A DNA stretch of 64,000 bases, from the NCBI RefSeq assembly GCF_001194135.2, contig NC_068984.1, positions 87,397,656-87,461,655 on the forward strand, read 5' to 3'. This stretch comes from Octopus bimaculoides (taxonomy: Eukaryota). The translations under genes and the position numbers were made by a program. Shown piece by piece: positions 25,401-38,800 of the stretch. Under the pieces are notes generated by a model, which saw nothing but the letters and a program-made list of their open reading frames with translations, was not told the origin of the DNA and did no database searches. Position 1 is the first letter of the stretch. Every line of letters begins with the position of its first letter.

Positions 25401-28400
25401 TGTCTGCCTGAAGGGATTTGTGATTTGTCTGCATTCTTACTTACTAAGACTTTGGTTTTTGCTAGATTAACTCTAAGGCCCTTCAATTCTAGACCTTGCT
25501 TCAATACCTGAAACTTTTTCTCTAGTTCTGGTAGTGTTTCAGCTATAAGAACAAGGTCATCAGCATAGAGGAGCTCCCAGGAGCAGCCTAACTTAAATTC
25601 CTCTGTTATTGCCTGGAAGACTATGATGAACAAGAGAGGGCTGAGGACCGATCCTTGGTGAACCCCTATTTGTACCCAGAATACTTCACTGTACTTGTTG
25701 TCAACTCTCACCTTACTGGTAACATCCTTGTACATGGCTTGTACAGCTCTCACCAACCACTTGTCTATTCCTAGTTTCTGCATTGAACACCAGATAAGGG
25801 ATCAGGGGACCCTGTCAAAGGCTTTCTCCAAGTCAACAAAAGCTAAGTCCTGAGGTTTATCTTTGGCTATGTATTTCTCCTGCAGCTGTCTTACCAGAAA
25901 TATAGCATCAGTGGTGCTTCTGCCTGGTACGAAGTGAAACTCCATTTCATCTAGACTAATTCTCTCCATAATTAGTTGGGCTATGACCCTCTCCATAACT
26001 TTCATCACTTGATCTAATAATTTGATACCTCTGTAATTATTTCTCTCTAAGGTATCCTTTACTTATGTAGAAGTTGACTATGGTGCTGCTACACCAGTCA
26101 TTGGATATGATTCCTTTGTGAACCACCTGATTTACAATATGGGTGACTAGACCATAACCCACACTACCAGATATTTTAAGCATCTCAGTGGTGATTCCTA
26201 ATGGGCCGGGGGCTTTCCCTGTCTTCATATCGTTAATTGCCTTATCTACCAAGGTTTGTTGATTTGGATAGCTGGTCCCTCAGTTGGGTCAACATTTGGT
26301 AGACTCTCCTTTTCCCATTTATTCTCCATGTTCAGCAGTCTTTTATAATGGCTTTTCCAAGGCTCTTTCTTTGCAGAATCATTAAATGCAAGTGTACCAT
26401 GATCCATGCAGACACATTTCACTCTTATGACATCACAATTTTCTCTCACACACTGTCTTGCAATCTGCAACACCTCAAGTCTTTGGTCCTCATGTCGCTG
26501 AACATAGGCAAACTTTTTCTGTTCTGCATCTCCCTTGGCTATATATATACCTGTCTCCTAGCTTCCCCTCTGGTTGATAGAATTCCCTACTTCCTCCACT
26601 CTTCAAGGCCTTCCAAACCAGTTACTTTACTCTAATGGCCCTGTCTAAAGTATCATTCCCCCACAACATTACCTTAAGTCTGGATAGAACTTTGCACCAA
26701 CTACAGATTTGGTCTGTGGCACTCAGGAAGCTGACCCACAAGAATTCCCAGTTACCCTCTATGTCACAAGTCTAGTTCCTCTTCCCTCTCATCAAATTTC
26801 TCAATTAAGATGTCCCTAAATCTCTGACCATATGAAGGGTCCTTAAGCTTCTAAATCCTTCTTTTCCAGGTTGGTCTGCTTCTTGGCATCCTTCTGGCCT
26901 GAAGTCTAAAGTCACTAATGACGAGTCTTTGCTGGGAGGTACATTCTTCACCAGGGACAATCTTTGTATTTAGGAGCAACCATGCATCCTGCTCTCTGGT
27001 GAGAATGTAATTGATCTGGCTAGCATAGTCACCTGACTGGTAGGTTATCAGGTGGCTGGTCAGCTTTCTGAATTTGGTGTTGCAGATCAATAGGTTATTT
27101 GCATCGCAGAACTCCAGTAGCCTTGTTCCCTTTTCGTTTTGGGAACCAATTCCATGGCCCACATACACACCATGAAAGATACTGGGCTGCTGTCCGACAT
27201 GCCCATAAAAGTGATCATTTTGTGCTTTTGGTAGACCCACTTGGTAGGCATAAGCAGAGATAATTGTCGCTATAGTATTCTGCAAGACTAGCCTGAGCTT
27301 AAGTACGCTATTGCACTCTGTGACTACTTCTATGACCTTATCCACCCATTTTTCTGCAAGAATTATGTCCACACCACCTACCCTGCTACTGTTAGCTTCT
27401 CAGAAGATTTTATACCTATGTGTCTTGCCTGTGAGGAACCTGGCTGAAGCTCCTCTCCAATACCTCTTGAATGCAACATACATCAACACACATCCATTCA
27501 AGTATCTCAACAATCTCACTAACCTAGCTTTCAATGTGTCTACATTAACACTGCCAACTCTGTAAATTGGGAAAGGGACATGGGAGGGAGCATGGGAAGG
27601 AGAGATGGTATTCAGCACCTGAAAAGAAGGTTTCAATCTTCGTTTGATAACAGACATATCACATCAGCTGTATTCACTTTAACCTACCATCATTCAAACA
27701 TGTTAAACTTGTTGCTCCTATTTTGAGTGTAATGTAAGCATTGTAAATATGTTATAAGTGTTGTAAATATAAGCGTTATTGTTGCAAACATAAATAGGTC
27801 AATTTTAAATTAAGTAAATGAGCCATAGTGTGGATGATTGGTGGTGGTGGGTGGGAGAGAGCTATGCAAGTCTTCTGATACAGAAGCCCATGTAGGGGTT
27901 TCTGGTATAAGAGAAGAAATTTCCGGTATAGGTGGTGGGGGCAGGAATGGGTGGGCGCATTGCGGACAAGCAATGGCCAGCTTCACCTCAAGAAATAACA
28001 GTAAGAAGAGACTAGTGAGGCAGAGAGAGAGAGAGAGAGAGAGAGTCTTGAAAGACTTTATCGCTGGAAGAATCATGAGAAAGATGCAAGTTATAAAACA
28101 AGGCAAGAAGGATTACAAATTTGTAAGCGAAAGGGAGAGATCAGTGAGGAAATCATGGCAAAGTATGGGAACACATGGGTTATGAAATGGAGAGAATATT
28201 GCAAAGATTTAAAGAATTATGAGTTTTGAAGATTATTTTATGAATTAAAGAATTACAAATTTTGAAAATTATTTTAATTCAAAGTACAGCATATTAGTAT
28301 TCCGAATATGAATGATGAATGAATGATGAGTGATTAAAACTAAAGAAATTTTTTAGTTTAGCCCATCATTTTGTGTGGTATAATAGTGTCAGCAGCAGAG

Positions 28401-31400
28401 CAAGTAATGTGAAAGTTTGGAAAAAAACCTTGTGCAAAGGATTCTTTATATAATCTACAGCCGGAAGTGCTCAAACTACGTATAAAAAAACCTAACTTTA
28501 GGCACATTTTATATTCTGTGGTTAGTGCAATAAAAGGTAAGACCCTCAACTTAGCAAACAGTTTTAAGCAGTATAATATATGCTGTATCCATATTCCCAA
28601 TAATGTCTTGCTCAAAGAGCTGTTTTCTGTAAATGTAGTTTGTTGTTCTGAAGCACATTTCATAGAACATTTAGTTATTGAAAAAATATTTAACTTCCTC
28701 TTTCAGTCACAGGCCAATTGATGTACATAATGTGTACAATAGTTTACAAGTCAAAGTACTTGTGAGAGAAAATGAAATTACTGACATTCCTGATTATGAT
28801 AGTATCTTTAGAGATGATGAGGTAAGTATTATTTTTATTTATTCATGATAATATGCAGTATTTATTAAATATTTCTTTTCTATTAGCAGAAAGTATGAAA
28901 TACATCTTGGAAACTGTGTATAAAAATTTTTTGAGAGAATGTTCTGGCAATATTGATTTGTTGTGCTACTGCTATTGCAGTATGATTTGTTTTTAGGTAC
29001 TCATATCCATATTTGTATGCAGTTTATTGATGACTGCCTTCAAAGAAGCAGTTATTATGTGTCATTCCAGATTTACCTTATTACAAATTAAATGTTAATT
29101 CATATTCTTGACATGTCATAAACATTTTAACTGAGGAGCTAAATCATTTATTGGACCAACTATTTTTTTCAAAACAGTTCTGTCAAATGAGAAAATAGAC
29201 AAAATTATTAGATTATTAATGAAAGTCATCATCATTATTATTTAACATCCATTTTCCATGCTGGCATGGGTTGATGGTTTGACTGGAGCTGGTAAGACCA
29301 GGGGTTGCACCTGGTTCCATTGTCTGTTCTGGCATGATTTCTATGGCTGAATGCTTTTCCTAATGCCAACCATGTTACAGAGTGTACTGGGTGCTTTTTA
29401 TGTGGCACCAGTATCACTTCTGCAGTGGCAGATGGGTCTTTTTGAGTACAACAAGGTGCCAAGTATCTCAGTCCTGAGTCATCTCCTTTGTAAGGCTCAG
29501 TGTCTTGTGGTCGGCCTTCACTACTTTGTCCCATGTCTTCCTGGCTCTCCCACTTCCATAAGTTCTATCCACTTTAAATGATTGGCACTTCTGTATGCAA
29601 CTGTCTACATCCAAACTACATATGATAATTTAAATATGAACAAAAATATTCAAATGTCTTTAGTTCAACGGACTTGAAAGAAATGAAGCTAGTATGCCTT
29701 GGTGGATGTGCAATGTCGGTATGCATGCATGATAAAGTATAAGCGTCTCGAGAGAAAAGTTGGGCACATGAGGCATGAGATGTAGTGTACAAGAGAGACT
29801 ACTGCATTGGTATGGTCATGTGATGCATATGGATGAGGACAGTTGTGTGAAATGCCAACCTTTAATGGTAGAGGGAACCTGTGGAAGAGATAGACCCAGG
29901 AAGACAAGGGGCGAATTGGTAAAGAATGATCTTTGCAGAGGCAATGACAAGTGACTGAGACCTTGGGCAATATGCCATGCTTTAGAAGACCGGTGAAGCC
30001 AAATGAAATCATAGTCATGGCCAATACTAGTGTTGCGTAACTGGCACCCATGTTGGTGGCACATAAAAAAGCACCCTTTGAATGTTGAGCAATATGTTGT
30101 GCTTCAGAAGACCATCGACCCAAGTGATCTTTGGGCGATATGTTTGATATGTTGAACTTGAGAAGACCTATAAAGCCAAGTGAAATCATAGTTGTGGCCA
30201 ATACCAGTGTTGCATAACTGGAATCTATGCCAGTGGCATGTAAAAAGCACCATTCAAACCCTGGGGCCTCATGGAGGCAGTGACAAGTGACTGAGATCTT
30301 TGGCAGTATACCATGCTTGAGAAGACCTGTCGAACCAAGTGAGATTGTAGTCGGGGCCGATGCTGGTGGCACATAAAAAACACTCACTACTCTCTTGGAG
30401 TGGTTGGCATTAGGAAGGGCATCCAGCTGTAGGAACTATGCCAAATAAGATTGGCACCTGGTGCAGCTCTCCAGCTTACTACTTTTCAGTCAAATCATCC
30501 AATCCTTGCCAGCATGGAAAATGGACATTAAATGATGATGATTATTTGTTGACAGTTTTCCAGAAACTATGTGGAAATACTAGTAAGCAATATCTTGTAT
30601 TTTTATTATATTTTCCATACAGTTTCTTGTTGGTAAGATTGTAAAGCTTCTTCGTTTTACATTCAAATTAAAATTACTCATTCAATTTTAGCTTCCTTTC
30701 AAATGTTCTGTCCAGTCATATTTTGCTTTTGTCAATTTTCTCTGACTAGATCCTGCAAAATTTGTTTCATGCTAGTTTATGTATATATGATGGGCTTCTT
30801 TTAGTTTCTATCTGTGAAATCCATTCACAGGGCTTTGGTTGGCTTGAGGCTATAGTAGAAAACAGTTGTCCAAGGTACCATGCAGTGGAACTGAACCCAA
30901 AACCATGTAGTTGGGAAGCAAGCTTCTTACTACATAGCCACACCTGCACCTAATATATATGTGTGTGTTTGTTTGTACTCTTGTCTAGACTTTATGTGAT
31001 GGTTGTGAATGAGCATCATTATCATACAAGTGAAGTTGTTCATTTCCAGTCTTCTGTGTAAAATATGTCTGGCCATGGGGAAATATTACTTTATTTGGAA
31101 ACATGAGGATTGACAACAGAAAGGGCATCTGGCAGCCATACAAAATCTGTCAACAAAATCTGTCTGAACCATGCAAGCAGAGAAAAGTGGACATTAAAAC
31201 AACGATGATGAAGAAGGGAAAGAAAGAATGTTAAAGGGCCCATTGAAGTACCTTTTAAAAAATGCACTTCGGCAGAAATAAATTTTAGGGGTCCACTATC
31301 ATAGAAGTGCTATCATAAAGGACATTATAACTCTTTAGCATTTAAACTGGCCATATGTGGCCCAAATATTTTACCTTTTTTATGTTCAAACCAGCCATAT

Positions 31401-34400
31401 CTAGCCTCTCACACCTATCCTATAATGTCATTATAAAAATAAACAATTACATCATCAACATCATGAAGCTACCAGATACTGCATGATTAACTCAAAGCAA
31501 TGTGGATGAATAAACATTACATTTGACACTGTAATCTGAATGCTAAAGGATTAAGGAAAACAAAGCTATATCTACAGACAAAATGCAGAAATGCCTCTGC
31601 TAGAAATGTAGTGGTGTGAACAATAAGAATAAAAATTCTACCATAACCTTTTTTATAGGATGATATGGATAGTGAGGATGAAGATGACGAAACAGGTTAC
31701 AAGCAGCAAAAGAAACAATTTGATGATAAATATATAATGAAAAAGCGAGAGAGAAGACTATGGGAAGAAAACAGGTACAGATTTTCATTATTTTTTTTTT
31801 GTTATCATAACTTTACATGTTTTTCATTTATTACTTTAATTTAAATGATGTTCGTTATAATAACTATTGTAAGTAAAATTACCATGTAAGTTTTGATAGG
31901 ATTGATGTAATATTTTGTGGATGCTGTTGCTTAAATCCAGATCAACCCTGATTAAAGAGAAAATAGATGAATGGATAGATGGACAACATAATAGATGGAT
32001 AGATGGACAACATAATAATTTTAGTCAAACTATAGGCTAATATATCAGTACCTTTCAGCTGGAAAGCTGACAGAATCATTAGTATGCCAGGCAAAATGCT
32101 TAGTGGTATTTCAACCATCTCTATGTCTTGAATTCAAATTCTATCTTGGTCAATTTTGCCTTTCGTTCTTTCAGGGTCAATAAAATAAGTACCAGTTGAG
32201 CACTGGGGTTGATGTAATCGACTTACCCACTCCCCCGAACTTACTGGCCTTGTGCCAAAATTTGAAACCAATACATCAGTACCTTAAACTCATGACCACT
32301 ACACAACTATATTAAAAACAGTTGATTTAATTTATATTTAGAGATTAGAATGTTTGAATCAATATCAGTTTCATTGTATTTCAGAAACAAGACCTTGTTC
32401 ACTTATACACAATTTTCTTCTTTTGGAACATCTGTAAGTAATAACACATCACATATTGTTTTCCTGTTTTATACATTTCATACAAATATTATCCATTACA
32501 TTCTTAATAACTTTTAGATTGATGTGAAGTATTTCCTTTAATCATGAGATATTTTATGTAAATTCTGTTCAAACTGGTTTCATACAATAAGGAAATGAAG
32601 GCATTTTTCCAGCTTCGTTGTTATTTAACCCAAGGTCAGCACTGACCTATGACCAAAGGCATTCCAGCTGTGACCATGCTATTCTTATCAGACACACTAT
32701 AAACATTACATTAACCAATTTAGCTTTCTTACTTTTAAAAACACAGTAAAGTGTTGACTGTTTCCAACTAAATTCATTACTTATCTCATTAAGTAAGAAT
32801 TTGTTGTTTATTGATTTTTAGTCATGTTGAATGAGTAAATGACTTATTTTAGAAAGAATAATTGATTAATTAAATAATTTGAAACAGATAGTAAATTGAA
32901 TGAATAAATGTGTGCTTGTGTTTGTATATGCATATATATGTAGCTTCATTATTTTTCTTGAAGCACTGTTGCATAATAAGTGAATTTTCACTTCTATGTT
33001 TTTTTTAAATATTGATATTCTTAAACTCAGGCTGGCCTTGCAGAATAGCATAGCATAAATTATCTCTGCCTATGCCCACAGTTGGCCTACCAAATGAACA
33101 GAACAACTATTTTCATGATATTCTTTTGCAGGCTGCCTTTAAGACAAATGATGAGGATCTCATTGCTGTGGCTGGTGACTTCAATGGGCATGTCCGACAG
33201 CAGCCCGGTATCTTCCATGATGTACATGGGGGCCATGGAATTGGTTCCCAGAATGAAGAGGGAACAAGGCTACTGGAGTTTTGTGATGCAAATAACCTAT
33301 TGATCTGCAACACCAACTTCGGAAAGCTGACTAGCCACCTGATAACCTACCAGTCAGGTGACTATGCTAGCCAGCTCGATTACATTCTCACCAGGCAGCA
33401 GGATGCATGGTTGCTCTTAAATACAAAAACCATCCCTGTTGAAGAATGTACCCCCAACCAGCATAGACAAGTCATAATGACTTTAGACTCCAGGCTAGAA
33501 GGATGCCAAGAAGCAGACCAATCTGGAAAAGAAGGACTTGGAAGCTTAAGGACCCTTCATATGGTCAGAGATTTAGGGACATCCTAATTGAGAAATTTGA
33601 TGTGAGGTAGAAGGAGCTACAAACTTGTGACATAGAGGGCAACTGGGAATTCTTGTGGGACAGCCTGCTGAGTGCCACAGACCAAATCTGTGGGTGGTGC
33701 AAAGTCCCAACCAGACATAAAGTAATGTAGTGGTGGAACATTGCCATAGACAGGGCCATTAGAGCAAAGAAACAGGCCTGGAAGACCTTGAAGAGTGAGG
33801 GTAGCAGGGAATTGTATCAGATAGCCAGAAGGGAAGCTAAGAGACAGGTATATAAAGCCAAGGGAGAAGCAGAAAAGAGAAAGTTTGCCTTTGTTCAGCA
33901 ACATGTGAACCAAAGACTTGAAATGTTTCGGATTGCAAAACAGTGTGTGAGAGAAAATTGTGATGTCATAGGAGAGAAATGTCTCTGCACGGATGATGGT
34001 GCACTTGCATTTAGTGATTCTGTGAAGAAAGAGGCTTGGAAATGCCATTATGAAAGATTGCTGAATGTAGAGAATGAATGGGAGGAGGAGAGTCTGCCTA
34101 ATGTTGACCCAATTGAGGGACCAGCTATCTGAATCAACAGTCCTTGGTAGATAAAGCAATTACGGACTCGTCGCTGAGATGCTTAAAATATCTAGCGGTG
34201 TAGGTTATGTTCTAGTCACCTGTATTGTAAATCAGGTGATTCACGAAAGAGTCATACCCAACAATGATTGGTGTATTTGCACCATAGTCAACTGCTACAA
34301 AGGTAAAGGTGATGCCTTAGATAGAAATAATTACAGAGGTATCAAACTGTTGGATCAGGTGATGAAAATTACGGAGGGAGTCATAGCCCAACTAATTAGG

Positions 34401-35861
34401 GGAAAAATTAGTCTAGATGAGATGCAGTTTGGTTTTATGCCAGGGAGAAGCACCATTGGTGCTATATTTCTAGTAAAGATAAACCTCTGTACTTAGCTTT
34501 TGTTGACTTGGAGAAAGCTTTTGACAGAGTCCCCCAATCCCTTATCTGGTGGTCAATGTGGAAACTAGGGATAGACAAGTGACTGGTGATAGCTGTACAA
34601 GCCTTGTGCAGGGACACTACAAGTAAGGTGAGGATTGGCAACGAGTACAGCGAAGAATTCAGGATACAAATAGGGGCTCACCAAGGATCGGTCCTAAGCC
34701 CTCTCTTGTTCACCATAGTCCTCCAGGCAATAACAGGAATTTAAGACAGGCTTCTGAACCTCACAAGTTTATTGTAGCAAGCACTACTCATACCATTAAC
34801 TTCACTGAAGAAATAGGAGCTCCAGTCACTTGCTCATGATAATATTTCACATTCCAGTAACATTAGCACATGCATATCTAAACTATTATCAAACAGAAAT
34901 ATTCAACGAATCATCTTGTCATACTTTGTGATGTGAACAACAAGCTTTCAAATACATCCCTGTACCAATGGACTTGAACTGCAAATTGGTTGAACCCACA
35001 ACCCAATATTCAACATATAAAATCAAGATGAAATATGCAGTCCTGTGGCTCACCAGATTCCGTCAACCTATCCAACCCGTTCCAGCACAGAAAAATAGCT
35101 GTTAAATAATGATGATAATGCTAACAAATGGCCACTCCTGATCTTTTAAGGAAAGCTATATTGTTATGAACATCATGAGACACAAGAGATACCAAGAAAG
35201 CCACATGAAAAACTTTACCATGGAGACAAGCAAGAATTACATTAATTATTAATATTTTGCTAAATACTGTAAACCACTAGCATTTTTTTTTTTTGGTAAT
35301 GTTGGCTTCATGACTTTTGGTACCAAATCAAACATAGTTATCTCCCCATATGAATAAAATGTTTCATTTCAATTTGGAGTTATCACCCCTTATAAATGAT
35401 TTGCACAGTCCCACTTAACCAGTGAAATAGTGAGGTCACAAAACAAGACCTATCAGAGGGTGAATAAACAAAGCAGAGCCAACGGCCATTCAATAGCTGG
35501 GGTGGGGGAAGACCCTACTTCATTAAACTACATCGGTGGTTTTTAACCTTTCCGAGTTGTGTCCCCTCTCATTGAATGGCATTTTACAAATGCCCCTTTA
35601 CATCATCTTCATCATCATTGTTCTAATGGCTACTTTCCCATGATTGCATGGATTAGATGGAGTTTATTGAGGGTGATTTTTACAGGCTGGATGTTCTTCC
35701 TGACACCTACCCTTATCTGTTTCCAAGCAAGATAGTATTTCCTTATTGCCAGGAATGGTTTTTGCAAGATATTGGCAAGGAATGACCTTCATTTATGACA
35801 ATTCTGTGGTATCAAGACAAGGAGACCTGAAGTCTTACACACTTGCTCTCTCTCTCTCACA

Positions 35862-35899
<38 letters not shown>

Positions 35900-38800
35900 C
35901 ATGCACAAACACGCACACGTATAACAGGCTTCTTTCAGTTTCATCATCATCATCATCATCATCATCGTTTAACGTCCGCTTTCCATGCTAGCATGGGTTG
36001 GACGATTTGACTGAGGACTGGTGAAACCGGATGGCAACACCAGGCTCCAGTCTAATTTGGCAGAGTTTCTACAGCTGGATGCCCTTCCTAACGCCAACCA
36101 CTCAGAGAGTGTAGTGGGTGCTTTTACGTGNNNNNNNNNNNNNNNNNNNNNNNNNNNNNNNNNNNNNNNNNNNNNNNNNNNNNNNNNNNNNNNNNNNNNN
36201 NNNNNNNNNNNNNNNNNNNNNNNNNNNNNNNNNNNNNNNNNNNNNNNNNNNNNNNNNNNNNNNNNNNNNNNNNNNNNNNNNNNNNNNNNNNNNNNNNNNN
36301 NNNNNNNNNNNNNNNNNNNNNNNNNNNNNNNNNNNNNNNNNNNNNNNNNNNNNNNNNNNNNNNNNNNNNNNNNNNNNNNNNNNNNNNNNNNNNNNNNNNN
36401 NNNNNNNNNNNNNNNNNNNNNNNNNNNNNNNNNNNNNNNNNNNNNNNNNNNNNNNNNNNNNNNNNNNNNNNNNNNNNNNNNNNNNNNNNNNNNNNNNNNN
36501 NNNNNNNNNNNNNNNNNNNNNNNNNNNNNNNNNNNNNNNNNNNNNNNNNNNNNNNNNNNNNNNNNNNNNNNNNNNNNNNNNNNNNNNNNNNNNNNNNNNN
36601 NNNNNNNNNNNNNNNNNNNNNNNNNNNNNNNNNNNNNNNNNNNNNNNNNNNNNNNNNNNNNNNNNNNNNNNNNNNNNNNNNNNNNNNNNNNNNNNNNNNN
36701 NNNNNNNNNNNNNNNNNNNNNNNNNNNNNNNNNNNNNNNNNNNNNNNNNNNNNNNNNNNGATGCTTCTAATGTTCAGCTTTTCTCTCAAGATACTTACAC
36801 TCTGACGGGTATTCACATTGACATTACACATCCAACGGAGCATACTGGCTTCATTCCTTGCGAGCTTACGTATGTCCTCAGCAGTTACAGCCCATGTTTC
36901 ACTGCCATGTAGCATGGCTGTTCGTACGCATGCGTCATACAGTCTGCCTTTTACTCTGAGTGAGAGTCCCTTTGTCGCCAGCAGGGGTAAGAGCTCTCTA
37001 AACTTTGCCCAGGCTATTCTTATTCTAGCAGCTACACTTTCAGCGCACCCACCCCCACTACTAACTTGGTCGCCCAGATAGCGGAAGCTATCGACTACCT
37101 CTAGTTTTTCACCCTAATGCACTCCCAAGGCTATAGTAGTAGACACTTGCCCAAGGTGCCACATGGTAGAACTGAACCCAAAACAACGTGGTTGAGAGGC
37201 AAACTTCTTAATTACACATCCATGCCTTTTACAAAAAAAAACTGTCAAACAGAAGCTGAGTTTTATGTCAGGTTACTTTTCATGTTACTGATAACGTGAA
37301 ATGCTGTACAACCTGTTGTATGGTCAGACCATTGGCAACTAAACCAACAACTCTACCAGACCTGCTTATTGAGGAGGGTGGTTTTCATTGGACACCCTGC
37401 AAAACAAGACCTATCAAAGGGTGAACAAACTCAGCAGAGCCAACGGCCATCCAATAGCTGGGAGTGAAAAGACTCCTAGTTTTTGTTTTGATAAGGGAAA
37501 CATACAGAGTACACACATACATTCATTTCTTTGTAGGTAGATGTAATAATGTGCCAAAGTAATATAACAATATATAACAAAATAACAAATCTCTGTGAAA
37601 ATACATATTTAGTGTCTCTGAACAATAAAGGTATGTTGGCCTATGTTTCCAGCTTCCAATTTATGAATGAAAATGTAGATCAGGCTGTCTGCTTGAATGA
37701 TGAAGAATTATGAACTTGAAAACAGTAATGGAATAAGGATAAAAATTTATCTCTTTAATTTTAAACTGTTCATATTTTAATTAGAGAATCTTCTTCATGA
37801 TTTTATAAACTTTTATGCCTTCAGAACTTATATAATAATGAATAAGTTTATTTGTATAACAAAACCCTCCAAATTTTTTATTATTTTCAAAAGTTGTTGA
37901 AACAGTGCCACATAAAAAGCATCCACACTGTAAAGTAGTTGGCATTTGGAAAAGCATTCCGCTGTAAAAACCTTGGCAAAACTGACCTTGCTTGTGCTTG
38001 TGCCTTGTAAAAAGCACTCAGTCCACTCTGCTGGGTGGTGGGTGTTAGGAAGGGCAGTCAGCCATAAAACCCATGCCAAAACAGACATAAAAGTCTGGTG
38101 CAGGCTCCCTTCAAACTGTCCAACTCATGCCAGCATGGAAGGCAGACATTAAACTGCAGTGGTGGCAGCGCCGCATTTCATCACAAATATGCTCACAAAG
38201 CTCTAACAGATTTTTCTCAAAGAAATTATTAACTTAGTTAAAGAAAATGATTAGTTTCACTTGCTATAAAATTAATATCCATTACCATCATCTTTCACAA
38301 TATTTTTCTGTCTTTATGATAACATGATGTCAAATTATTTTTATTTCTAAAAAACTTTTGCATTTCTTTTTAAAGGCTGCTCTTCTGATGTTGGAAATGG
38401 CATGGACCATGTCAAAAGACACAAATGACTTAATCTGGCAAGTTTAAATTCTTATAATACATTATTGTGAGTAGGAGGGCTCTGAAAGGGGTCTCAGGGA
38501 GTAGCATCCCTGCTTTCCCAAGCTAGTTTTCCACCACATTTCTTAAAAATTATGGTAGAGGTCTTGGTCTCAGGACCATTCATGTCTAGAAACTGAGGTT
38601 GGGGGTAAAGCAAGGGCATGCTCCCCATAGAAAATCCAGCCCAAAAAAAGCCTCATGACAATAGCAAAGAGGCATGGGCACCTGCCTACCTCAAAAAGGA
38701 AGGTGCGAACCCTCATCCTGAGTTGTGCAAGCATGACTTGCCTTATGTTGGTCAATGACCTGAGGAAAAGCTTGGGGTGACGTTGGGAAGTTGGAATGTG

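Noticed and set aside
35438-37470. About 85 bp direct repeat at about 35440 and 37380
   Set aside because: Most likely two fragments of a dispersed TE 5' region; no further structure.
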